A DNA stretch of 64,000 nucleotides, from the NCBI GenBank assembly GCA_977017575.1, contig CDRNVI010000051.1, forward strand, positions 124,001-188,000. The letters run 5' to 3'. This DNA comes from Paramoeba atlantica (taxonomy: Eukaryota > Protista > Discosea). The first letter of the stretch is position 1, and the number at the start of each line of letters is the position of its first letter. The notes beneath the pieces were generated by a model, which did not search any database, was not told the DNA's origin, and saw only the letters and a program-made list of their open reading frames with translations. This document shows positions 1-10,369 of this stretch, in pieces. A program made the translations under genes and the position numbers.

Positions 1-560
1 GTATCGTGTAAAGCCTTGGGGTACATCTTCTCCAAGTATAGACCAGGTATGTATTATTCTACGCGCGCTATATTATACTATGCTATATGTAGATTCATTT
101 TCAAATAATTTTTTGAATGCAAGTTACCAAAACAAGTGTTATCCCTTAAATAATAGAACTTTCTTTTTTCCCAAAAAATCTTGCACCTATATTTTCTAAT
201 AATGCACGACGTATCTAACACCATGTTTCATCCGTGCGTTTCACATTCATTCACAGGAATCTCCAAACGGGTTAAACAACAACAACAACAACAGAAATGT
301 ACATGAGATCGACTTGTCGAAACAGAGTTTCTAGTACCACGCGCTCCCTTACTTGATCCGTTGAGACAATTTAAAATGTTAAAAAAATCGAACGCTCGCT
401 CGAAAAAAATTAAAATGCCGTTCGTTGAATATTCAACAAAGTAGAGACGTACCCGAAAAATATTGCCCCTCTCTATCTCGCCGGTGTGCCAAAAATTAAC
501 TCGGGTAGGCAAATAAAGGCTAAACGAAGTGGGGGAGGTACTAAAGTGTCGTAAAGCACG

Positions 561-1119
561 GTGCTTCATGATCTTTCAATCATGGGGTATGACTATTTAC
601 AGACAAAAAAAATCTTTGATACTAGTGATGGCCGAAAGAACATGTCGGTAGCACCCGGTGAAAAAGCCGCTCCACGTCAAAAAGTACGCTGGGCGCCTAG
701 ATGTCAAGTTTGGGGTGCTATAGGAGTAGGGTGGAGATACTTAGTTGTTCTGGACTCTGACTCGTCTATCACGAGCATGTCCTACATTAAGACACTTCCC
801 ATGGAATTGTATTTTTCAGCAAGACGGGGCCACGGCGCACACCGCGCGCGCCTCTAAGGAGTATTACGAATAGAATGAAAGATCTATTGAACAATTGCCC
901 CCCAATTCACCAGACCTTTCCCCCATAGAAAACGTCTGGTCTATGGTGCAAGAGGTAGTGGACGAGCAGACCCCATCTGACAAATCTTCACTCATCCGAT
1001 GCATACGCAATGCGTGGTCTCGTTTGTCACAAAAAATGATTGATAAAACGGTTTTGAGTTTCGATGCTCGCCTCAAAGCGTGTATAAGATTGAAAGGCGA
1101 AAAAGTGAAAAAATGGTAA
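561..1119 (+). pseudogene. Tc1/IS630-family DDE transposase remnant (DD34E), with stop and frameshifts
   Basis: WGAIG, FQQDGATAH and PPNSPDLSPIENVW motifs spread over frames; 34 residues between DGA and IE; in-frame TAG. Confidence 0.8.
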
Positions 1120-1377
1120 ATGTTAAATATAAACTATCATGAAAGATATTTTTGATTCCGGTTTTTAGCGCACAAAGACATTGTGTTGAGATCTGCAAAA
1201 TGCAACAAAAATCAGCTCAAACGGACACTTGGATGAAAAGTTAGGGGGGGGGGTTTGGCTGTGGGGGGTTTATTTTTATATTTTTGAATTTAAACGCATT
1301 CTTTAGAACGTTTTTCGTTCCAAAATCAGGCAAAAAAGGGGGAAAAAATTGAGGTCTCTTTTAAAACGGGTTCCGGG

Positions 1378-1671
1378 TTATTGTGCCCCCCTGCACAATA
1401 ACTGGTTCTAGGCACAACAACTAAATATTGGAACGAACCAAAAAAGGGTAAACAAAAATTGGCCTCGCTTCGCGGCGCCTTTTTTACGGACAAACATGTT
1501 CATATGCAGAATTACTTCTATTTAAGAGGTGCTTTGTTAAATAAAGTCAATTACGAGAAAATGGGAATAAAACACCCATTTTCGTGCCGCCAATATTGTG
1601 GAGGGGGGCAAAATAATAATGGTCGTTTCCACTTATTGTGCCCCCCTGCACAATAACTGGGTCTAGGCACA
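1378..1671. repeat. Three copies (two direct, one inverted) of a 24-bp self-complementary motif TTATTGTGCCCCCCTGCACAATAA
   Basis: Copies at 1378-1401, 1594-1616 (inverted, imperfect) and 1633-1656; the direct copies extend to ~40 bp. Confidence 0.7.
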
Positions 1672-1958
1672 TTAACCCGGAACAAGGTTTAATATAGAGT
1701 AGCGAGGGAGTAGTATCCCCTTCAATATAAGTTAATGACTGTAACAATATTCACAGCCCTATCTTCAGTCCGTGATGCTCAAGAGATTTGTTATCATAGC
1801 GTTTCAAGTGTTTGACAGTGAATCGTCATCATGTGAAATTTGCTGAATACGTACCATGAACGTTAAATATACTACAAAATCGAGAAATTGAGTGCACACT
1901 TCTTTGTATAGAATCTGGTCGCTCACATACGTGTATCACCACTGAGGGTGTATCACCA

Positions 1959-2720
1959 CAGTGGTTTCAGTTGATCTTGCCCCTCCTCGGAAAATTGATT
2001 TTTTTTATCCGTTTTTGCTCATCTTTGCAGCATTAGAGAGATCTCGTTCTCGTAGCGAAGAGCTTTGCCGCCCTTTCTTCATAGAGACCCCCTGGTACCC
2101 CCTGGGTCCAAAAAACACAGTTTTTTGGACGTTTTCTGTGTACACAACCATTTTTTGCCACATTTTCCCGATTTCTGTACATTTTGCACATGTAAGTACG
2201 AGTAATAGTGTTCTAAATTGATAATTTGAAAGCTCTATGTCTAGTACCATCCCTATCGCTTAATTTAATATAGTCAACACCTCTACATTATGCAGACCAG
2301 ACCCTCTAACCCCAAACAGGGGGAGTACGTGCAAGGGTGGAATGACAATATCCCCCCAATATCCCACAAAGTCCTCAAGAAAAATGTAAATGCAACACAA
2401 TTGATTCAGTCCAAAATAGACTTCAAAAAGTGTTGCAAAACAATGGAGGCCATTCCGGATACTAGTTCTTTTCCTTTAGAGTTAACTTTTGGACACAAAT
2501 TCCCTTTTTTGTTCCATTTTTGATATGGTAAAAAAGTGCCATTTTTTAATTTTTGTCGACTTTCGGGTCACCCAGGGGGCACCAGACGGTCTCTATGAAA
2601 AAAAGGCGGCAAACCTCTTCGCTAGGGGAACGAGATCTCTCCAATGCTGCAAAGATGAGCAAAAACGGATTGAAAAAATCAAAATTCCGATGGGGGGGGC
2701 AAGATCTACTGAAACCACTG
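1959..2720. mobile_element. Non-autonomous Tc1/mariner derivative (MITE-like) with ~140-bp TIRs
   Basis: CAGTGGTTTCA...TGAAACCACTG termini, TA on the right side, long imperfect inverted repeats; same family as 23197-23847. Confidence 0.85.
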
Positions 2721-2739
2721 TATGAGGGTAATTCGGTAT

Positions 2740-3085
2740 GAATAGTAATGTACTGTGTGTGTATATTCGGACGTGTGGTAAGTATTAATAGAATATTGCG
2801 TTTGAAAAGAAAGTTAAACACAATCAAAAAAGGATTTAGTCACAACCATTCAGAACTGCTGAAGAGAACCCGGGGGAACTACTAAAAACAAGGGGGAGTA
2901 TGCTATAGTTCCTGCGTACGATACCATACACCCTCCGGTATGGTACGAGCTCACAGATATGCTAAACCCGACCCTCGTTTAGTTTAAAGAACAGTTTAAA
3001 TTTTAGGATTTGAGCAAAGAAAAAAAAATAAAATCTATATATTTGAAAAGTTGCACAAGAAATTCACAAATGTTTGTTTTCCTGT
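2740..3085. repeat. Dispersed repeat, inverted copy of 43190-43535 (MITE-like)
   Basis: The reverse complement aligns by eye over ~345 bp with 43190-43535. Confidence 0.75.
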
Positions 3086-3284
3086 TTTTTGTTACACAAA
3101 TAATTTTGTTGGGTATAATTTGCTTAGCATGATTTCACGTGAGAAAAGACAATTTCGCTATTTCGTAAATACCAATTTTTATTTCATAGAAAAGTATCAC
3201 GCACGCCTGCATTAATTAGATTCAAAAAAGACGGTTCTGTAACGGGGGAATTCATAGAATAATTGGGAGAGCATCGACCCAAAT

Positions 3285-4109
3285 TTACTGAACAACAACA
3301 TTAGTGTGCTCACGGTTAAACCAGTATCCACGAAGTCCAACGGGAAGGTGATCACGCTTAATGGAGCCAGACAACAGGGAATTATCCTGTAGACACAAAC
3401 AACGCATTGTCTGAGGGAGGGATTCCAATTCGATTCGCCCCTCAAATAAATTCTCATGAAGATATAGTCTTTGCAAGGTACTGGGCAAAAATCTCAGTTC
3501 CGGTGTTCCGATAAACGTGTTCTTATCCAGTCCTACGAATAGGATTCCTTCGGGGAAACGTGTTAGGTCTATCAGACCTGACAAAGCGTTGCCACCGAGG
3601 TCCAAATATTGTAGATTCTTAGGAAGACAAGTTAAATCAACGTCACCGTCAAAACGATTTTTGACCAAATCCAGTCTTTCCAAATCGGAAGGCAGAAAAT
3701 GTAAGTGCAAATTTCCATAAAGTTGATTTTTGTGGGCATGTAGAAGTAGCAGTCCAAAGGGGAATTTGCTAAAGTCAAGCTCACCAGCCAATTTGTTACG
3801 ACCAACGGCCATATACCCAATAGTATCTGGAAGTGAGGGCCAGTGCGGATAGCCTTCCAGGCCCAATTGTCCCCAGGAAAGCTCCTTCACGACATGCATC
3901 TCCCCGCAAACAACATGAGCCCACTCACACGCCGGAGTTTGTGAGCTCCAAGTGTGGTCGTACCTCGTGACATTGCGAACAAAATTTTCCAGTGCATATT
4001 CCTGAGGGAGTGACGCACCGCGTATCTTACCCCTTCGAGTATTCGATAAAATATCAGCCAAATGAGTAGATACAATCATGCGCAAGGAAAAATGAAGTAG
4101 GGGCTGCAA
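3285..4109 (-). CDS. Leucine-rich repeat protein with family N-cap (274 aa)
   Basis: GKIRGASLPQEYALENFV..W....CEWAHVVC cap followed by LxxLxLxxNxFxGxxxLxxLP repeats. Confidence 0.85.
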   Translation of the reverse strand: MQPLLHFSLRMIVSTHLADILSNTRRGKIRGASLPQEYALENFVRNVTRYDHTWSSQTPACEWAHVVCGEMHVVKELSWGQLGLEGYPHWPSLPDTIGYMAVGRNKLAGELDFSKFPFGLLLLHAHKNQLYGNLHLHFLPSDLERLDLVKNRFDGDVDLTCLPKNLQYLDLGGNALSGLIDLTRFPEGILFVGLDKNTFIGTPELRFLPSTLQRLYLHENLFEGRIELESLPQTMRCLCLQDNSLLSGSIKRDHLPVGLRGYWFNREHTNVVVQ

Positions 4110-4373
4110 ATAAATGATTTCTAGTCGTTGTAATTCAATTCCAGCATATTCTATTTTCTAGGATTATTCTAACAATTTTGAATCGAAACCATGTTTCTGC
4201 CCCACGCTATCCACTCTTTCCTTTTCAAACTTTACCAAAACTCCTCTACTTCTCCCCATCATAGGTGACCCCCTTTGATCCCTTTTCTCTCCCCACCACA
4301 ACCTAAATCCGGGTTGGGGAAAGGTTTCGGGAAAGTTTTCCTCCCCCCTAAACCCGCTTTCCCCCATTTCCCC

Positions 4374-6836
4374 TCACCCCTCGTCAGAATCCTCCGAATC
4401 CCCCTCCCCGTTCTCTCCCACCCCCTTTCCCAAAAACTCCCGTTGGAGCTTCAGAAACACGTGCTGGGTGTACCCCTCGGGCATTTCCCCCGGGTCAAAG
4501 TACCCCGGGGAGGCGCCGACGACCCAGCGCCCCTTGACCGCGCTCACGGTGCGGATGTAGTGCCGCGAGGTGAACACGTACTCGTGGTAGAGCACGAACT
4601 CGGGCAGCGGCCCCCCCCGGGCCAGCAGCCCGCTCCCGGGGTGGATCTCCACCGCCGTCTGGCCCCGGACGAGCCGGTAGGTGCGCTTCCCCACGCTGTG
4701 GGCCACATTCATAAAGTGGCCACAGAGGAGGGATTGCAGCACCCGTTCGCGGGTGTCCCCGGGGAGAGGGGATACGGATTTGTTTGGGGGTAATAATAAA
4801 GGTTTTGTGTTGTTGTTGTTGTCGTAATCCCCTCGTAGATCTCCAGAACGGGATCTGGGGGATCTCGAAAAGGTTTCTGGAGAAACTGTACCTGTTTTTG
4901 TGTTTAGAGTTGGACGACTCTCGAGTAGAGTTTTGTCCAGAAAACTGGATCGAGACTGTTGAGCGAGTCGAGCCGGTTTGTGGGCCAACACGCGACGAGC
5001 GGTGTTCTCGAGCTGTTGGGTGATGTGGAGGGCGGTACGCAGACCGCGTAGGTTTAAGAAGTGCGCCTTGGCCCAGTCGGCGCCTTGGTTGGCCTCCACG
5101 AACCCGCGGAGGGCGTTCATGAGGAGGAGATGGTCCCCCGAGGGGTCCGCGAAGGTTTGGTGGGCCTGAGCCGCGACGGCTTTGCGATCCCGGGGGGCTA
5201 GCAGTACCCTTGGAGCGTTCAGCATGGCGGCAATGGCGCACATCTCCGGTCCGACGCCTCGGGAGTAGCCTGCGAGAATGCTGCGTGCGAGCTGGGGGTC
5301 CAGAGGGAACTCCGCCATACGGTTTCCCGTAGCCGTGAGGGCTCCGTGCTCGTCCATGGCCCCAATAAAGTGTAGCACCTCCAGCGCGTGCATCAGCGTT
5401 TCGGGCGCCGGAGCATCGAGAAAATCAAATTGGATTAAATTTGAGATGCCCAGACGCAGCATGGTGAGGACAACCGAGCTTAGATTCACCCGAAGAAGTT
5501 CCGGGTAGGTTTGTGGGACCAATTCCTCGAATGCGGAAAGGGGAAACAGCCGATAACATTTTCCCGGACACGTTCGCCCGGCTCGTCCTTTTCGTTGATC
5601 ACACGCGGCCTGGCTGATTGGAGTCACGAGCAAGGACTCGACCCTTGTACGGGGGTTGAATACTTTCTGTTTGCTAAAGCCGGGGTCTACAACGTAGACG
5701 ACCCCGTCAATGGTCAGGGAGGTCTCGGCAATATTGGTGGCAATCACAACTTTACGTCCCCCAGGGGGTGCAGGGTCGAAAATACGTTGTAGAACATGGG
5801 GAGGAAGTGCGGCATAGGCAGGAATGCATCGTAGAGGGGGAATGGGAGATTTCGGGGCTTCCGACTTTATGGATTCAATACCAACATCGTTTCTTTCAAA
5901 TTTTGACGCCTCCAATGTAGCCCCATTGCCTTGATTTCTGCGAAGCGATGCGATCCTTTCCTCAATCCGCAAACACGCATCTTCGATTTCTTCCTCCCCC
6001 GGCAGAAACAACAGAATGTCTCCGGGAGGTTCATTTCGATGAATTTTCACAACCGTATGAATCGCACTTTCGAGGTAATCCGGTACCGTCTGTTTTGTAT
6101 ACACAACCTCGACAGGATACACCCGTCCGGGGATGCGCAACACCGGAGCTTGCGGAAAAAACGCTTGAAATTTTTCACTCTCCAACGTGGCAGACATAAT
6201 CACCACCTTCAGCTCCGGTCGTTCCGGCAACAACCTTTTTAAAAACCCCAACAACAGATCGGTTTGCACCGTTCGCTCATGGGCCTCATCCAGCACAATG
6301 GCGTCGTATTTTTCCAGTCTCGGGTCGCCCATAGCCTCCCGAAGCAGCATACCATCGGTTAAATAGGTTAACCGCGTACAGCTGGAGGTTTTATCCTCGA
6401 ACCGGATCGAATACCCCACCTGCTGCCCGAGCCTCACATCACACTCCTGCGCGACACGTTCCGCAATCGACATCGCGGCCACACGTCGGGGTTGGGTACA
6501 CGCGACTTTCATTTTTGTACTATGATTCCTTAAATCTTTATTTATTGTATTCTTCCCCTTCTCGCTCTCCAGCTCCAGTAACATCGCGGGAACTTGCGTG
6601 GTCTTGCCACTTCCGGTTTCCCCGAGTAGAATCAGAACCGAATGGTTTTGGATTAATTCTAAGAAATCGGATTTATGACCATAGACCGGGAGAGCGCGTC
6701 GGGAGGGGAGGAGGGTGTGGTACCGTGGAGAGAAGGGGAGCCCGGTGAGGGGGTTGTAGGAAGGGGGAGGGGGGGAAGGGTGCCGGGAGGAGGGACGTTT
6801 GCGGGAGTGGGAGGTGGGGGGAAGTGGGGCGGCCAT
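4374..6836 (-). CDS. PRP43: DEAH-box RNA helicase, Prp43/DHX15 type (820 aa, intronless)
   Basis: GETGSGKTTQ, TQPRRVAA, DEAHERT, MSATL, TNIAETSLTIDG, QRKGRAGRT motifs plus HA2 and OB-fold C-terminus. Confidence 0.9.
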   Translation of the reverse strand: MAAPLPPTSHSRKRPSSRHPSPPPPSYNPLTGLPFSPRYHTLLPSRRALPVYGHKSDFLELIQNHSVLILLGETGSGKTTQVPAMLLELESEKGKNTINKDLRNHSTKMKVACTQPRRVAAMSIAERVAQECDVRLGQQVGYSIRFEDKTSSCTRLTYLTDGMLLREAMGDPRLEKYDAIVLDEAHERTVQTDLLLGFLKRLLPERPELKVVIMSATLESEKFQAFFPQAPVLRIPGRVYPVEVVYTKQTVPDYLESAIHTVVKIHRNEPPGDILLFLPGEEEIEDACLRIEERIASLRRNQGNGATLEASKFERNDVGIESIKSEAPKSPIPPLRCIPAYAALPPHVLQRIFDPAPPGGRKVVIATNIAETSLTIDGVVYVVDPGFSKQKVFNPRTRVESLLVTPISQAACDQRKGRAGRTCPGKCYRLFPLSAFEELVPQTYPELLRVNLSSVVLTMLRLGISNLIQFDFLDAPAPETLMHALEVLHFIGAMDEHGALTATGNRMAEFPLDPQLARSILAGYSRGVGPEMCAIAAMLNAPRVLLAPRDRKAVAAQAHQTFADPSGDHLLLMNALRGFVEANQGADWAKAHFLNLRGLRTALHITQQLENTARRVLAHKPARLAQQSRSSFLDKTLLESRPTLNTKTGTVSPETFSRSPRSRSGDLRGDYDNNNNTKPLLLPPNKSVSPLPGDTRERVLQSLLCGHFMNVAHSVGKRTYRLVRGQTAVEIHPGSGLLARGGPLPEFVLYHEYVFTSRHYIRTVSAVKGRWVVGASPGYFDPGEMPEGYTQHVFLKLQREFLGKGVGENGEGDSEDSDEG

Positions 6837-6963
6837 GAGGAGGGGGTGGGAAATCTATTCCAGAGGTCTGCAAAGCTAGAAAAAAGTTTGATTCCGTTTA
6901 TCCCGTAGTGGGTACTTGTACGACGAAGGGTGTACACAGTTAACCTAAGATAGTGTAAAAACG

Positions 6964-7013
6964 AGCTTGCGAAATGATGCTGCTTTTTTCAAAGCAGCAT
7001 CATTTCGCAAGCT
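6964..7013. other. Perfect 23-bp inverted repeat with 4-nt loop
   Basis: AGCTTGCGAAATGATGCTGCTTT-TTTC-AAAGCAGCATCATTTCGCAAGCT. Confidence 0.9.
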
Positions 7014-7199
7014 TTGTGGTGCTTTGCAAAAGCTTGGAAAAGCTCACACGAAATGGTTTTTTTCATTATTTTGTTCACTACAATCTTAAATAGTGAAAAA
7101 AAACTTCCGTCGATCTCCAAACAATAGAATCGGCCAGAACGCTCTTGAGAATCGGGGAAAGCTGGTCGTAGCTACTGATCGCATCATCAGTTCCGCGAA

Positions 7200-8650
7200 G
7201 AAGAGGGAGCATGCATGTACCCATGTCGAACACAGCCGTCCTAGCATGTGCTAAAGGCTTTCTCGGATGCATGAGCCTCTTGGACAAACGTGTTGAACAC
7301 TGTTCTCAAATTATCTTTTCACGGGGGAATCTCCTGGGGATCACCCCATTCGAGAACAAGGCCGAGGACATGCATGTAAAGACGAAGAACGCCTGCAAGG
7401 CGTACCCCTAGTTATTGCAGCCAAGGAGCTGCGACACATCCAGTGCGACCCTGCATTGGGGCCCAAGCGATGGTATCCGGTATTTCTTCAGAGCACCGGC
7501 AGGGAGCTATGATAATTGCGGAACATCAATGGGCCTCCGCCGCCGACCTTTACGGCCATCTCCATCAAGAACTCCAGGACCTATACGCACTTCCCCTGGC
7601 CCCTCTCCAGGCCCCACGGAAACGCGAAATTTGGAGATGGACGAGCCTCCCCTTCTCCCTTCCTGTGCCGACGAACCTCCTGCCCTCACAAACACCCTAA
7701 CAGACGCCACTAAAGGACCTTACTCATCCCAGTACTAAGGACCCACTTCAAGCAAGGCGGACCCTCCCCACCAGCAAGGCGGCCACCAACCCCCATTTTC
7801 GATGCAACTCCCCGAAGACAATTGGACTAGGGTCAACTTACTTCTCGGACCCCAGTTAGCCGGACTCATCTAGGTCCCCATCTCTGCACCCTTTACAACC
7901 CCTTACAAGGGCTCGTACAAGCATTAGGTTTCACTTTGGGGTTCCCTCCCAACGGCAGAAGCCTGACCCACGAACTGGAAGGCCGTACCCGGAGACCGAT
8001 GAGGACCTGGCAAAGGCAGGGTGCATTTGGTCCTCCCTCCTAACCCGAAACCACGGCCCCTCCCATGGACCCCACGGCAACGTATTCGTCGGATCGGAAG
8101 CAGGGGCCAGTATAGAGACGCCATCCGATCTCCCAGATGAACACATCCCCTTCTTCCTTTGTAACGCCCTGGGTATAGCTCAGTGCTTCGCAGGAGCCTG
8201 GACCCCGTTCGTGTGGGAGGACGGAATGGCATGCTGGAGCTTCACAACGACGGAGGGTCTGATAGCCGACTCGGAATGGTCGGCCGAGTGCGTCCGGTGT
8301 AAGCTCCACAGAGGGTGCATCGAGGCCAACCCGGGACCAGGTCGCGGAAAACGTAAGTATACCCCATCCAAATCCTCTTGTCCCGATGATAATAACCTCG
8401 TGAACACAACGGGACAGACGAGCCAGACGAGCATACACTTCGAGGATACCCCCACCCCGCTACCCTACGAATACTACACTCCGAACCCTAATCGCACATC
8501 CCCTTCCCATGGGGGAGTCATGCTTGATGCCAGCGAGGATTACGCTGGATACAATCTGCATACATCATGTACACACATCATACCATCATGTGACGATCTC
8601 CATCCAAGAAACGGTCCCGAGAGTACGTCCATTTCGCGTTAAAAGTGATC
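7200..8650 (+). mobile_element. Degenerate CRE-like non-LTR retrotransposon fragment (post-RT region, conserved N-type domains, 2A-like motif)
   Basis: LGITPFENKAEDMHVKTKNA matches 11812-12156; GCIEANPGP at 8313-8339; LGFTLGFPP matches GYTIGVPD at 12.75 kb. Confidence 0.7.
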
Positions 8651-9075
8651 TGCGGATTTGCAACTCCAGGACGCTCGACGTGACGGGCCTGCATCACCCA
8701 GATGGCGAAGAGAACGAGAAATATCAGATGGGAGACATGCATCAAAAAGAAAGGAGAAATAGCAGAAAATACTCTGTTTTGACCTATGTTGTGCTTGTAT
8801 ACTTTACATATACGTATGTATGATTACCATTAGCATCTTTACCACTTGCATCTTTGATCGACCCCAGAGAAATTTGGGAGCAGATAACTATATGTAAGTA
8901 CATACATGTGTATGTATACATACATGTATATTGTACCCGCTTTCAAACTTATTTTCTTTGTGTACGAAGAAAAAAATTATCCTACAATTCGCGAATTATT
9001 TATATTGCAGTTATATTTACATGTGTATAATCATACATTACTAACACAAGCTTACATAACTTATGCGTAAGTAGC

Positions 9076-9930
9076 CTACACGAATTCTATCAATGTATCT
9101 ATTGTGTTAAAGCATCTTTTTTCAAGACCAACTTGCATCACGCGACCACGCAAATTAGGATTGTTATCTAAGCGACAGTACGCCGCATTTTTTACCCAGC
9201 ACTCCGCGTTAACCAAAAGTTCGAAATTATTGTCTTGTGCATAGAGTTCAACAAAAAAGTCCGGAAGATTACGAAAATCAAGTTTCCCACTAAAATGGTT
9301 GTTCGAAACGTCCAAGACTCGTAAATTCAATGGTAGATGGCACAAATCTATTGTCCCATCAAACTTATTATGTTCCAACCACATGTCGGTTAAATTAGGA
9401 GGCAACTTTGTGAGGTTGATCTGCCCGGTAAAATCGTTTTGGTTTAAGTAAAGCTTCTCAATGAGAGGAGGCAAAAATTGTGGATCAAACCTGCCAAAAA
9501 AACGATTAGAACTAAGATTGCATAACTTTAAAGATTGCGGAAGACAACGAAATTCAACCTCGCCTGTCAAGTCATCATTATCCAGATGCAGGTCGATGAG
9601 AGTCAATGGAAGATACTTCCAAACAACCAAGCCGCGTGTTGGATACACTTTTGGAACATAATCTGAATTGGTCCAGTCTAATGCTGTGACTTCATCCATC
9701 TCATTGCACGTCACACCCGACCACTTGCATGCTGTTACGTTTGTACACCATGTGGGATGCAGACCTTCCAGATTTTTAACAAAACGAGCTAAATCGTATT
9801 CTTGTGGTAATGCGGCACCGCGAATTCTACCCGGCGCTCGTGATGTAGATTGTGATGACACGGAACCTGGCAGTGATACCGTTGCCCCATTTCGAGTAGG
9901 TGCGTCGTCAGCTGACGTTACTGAATACAT
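9076..9930 (-). CDS. Leucine-rich repeat protein (284 aa)
   Basis: RAPGRIRGAALPQEYDLARFV..CKWSGVTC cap plus about 6 LRRs. Confidence 0.85.
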   Translation of the reverse strand: MYSVTSADDAPTRNGATVSLPGSVSSQSTSRAPGRIRGAALPQEYDLARFVKNLEGLHPTWCTNVTACKWSGVTCNEMDEVTALDWTNSDYVPKVYPTRGLVVWKYLPLTLIDLHLDNDDLTGEVEFRCLPQSLKLCNLSSNRFFGRFDPQFLPPLIEKLYLNQNDFTGQINLTKLPPNLTDMWLEHNKFDGTIDLCHLPLNLRVLDVSNNHFSGKLDFRNLPDFFVELYAQDNNFELLVNAECWVKNAAYCRLDNNPNLRGRVMQVGLEKRCFNTIDTLIEFV

Positions 9931-10369
9931 GGAGTAAACATTTACAAGAGCCCTGCATTTTTGATATATGCATTTGTATATAGTACATTGAGACTGTATA
10001 CTACCCCTCTTATTATCATTTTGTTGAAAAGGCCATGGACTCGATTAATCCCAAAATCTCCCAAAAATATTTTAAAGACTATCTAAAGTGAGGGGATCCA
10101 TGGGGCAGCATGCCCAAACTCTTCTACCAGTGCTACCACGATTGACATAAAACTGCGCATTCATCGAACTCCTAACGGAAGGCACTCCTTTATGACGCTT
10201 CATCCAATCAGGTCATATTTATAAAAAACGTTTTACATGATTTCTTTGTCCAGAGGAGCGCACTGTCTGTGGTATCATATCACATATGCATATACTATCC
10301 ACGCTGTCCTGATATTCAACAACTCTTTACCGGGCCCTAATCCTACATCCCCTGCTCTGGGGGGGTATG

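Noticed and set aside
4878-4892. Short SL-like match (AGAAACTGTACC) inside PRP43
   Set aside because: Only ~11 nt, inside an intact CDS, expected by chance.
4275-6242. Plus-strand and alternative-frame ORFs overlapping PRP43
   Set aside because: Shadow ORFs of a GC-rich coding sequence with no motifs.
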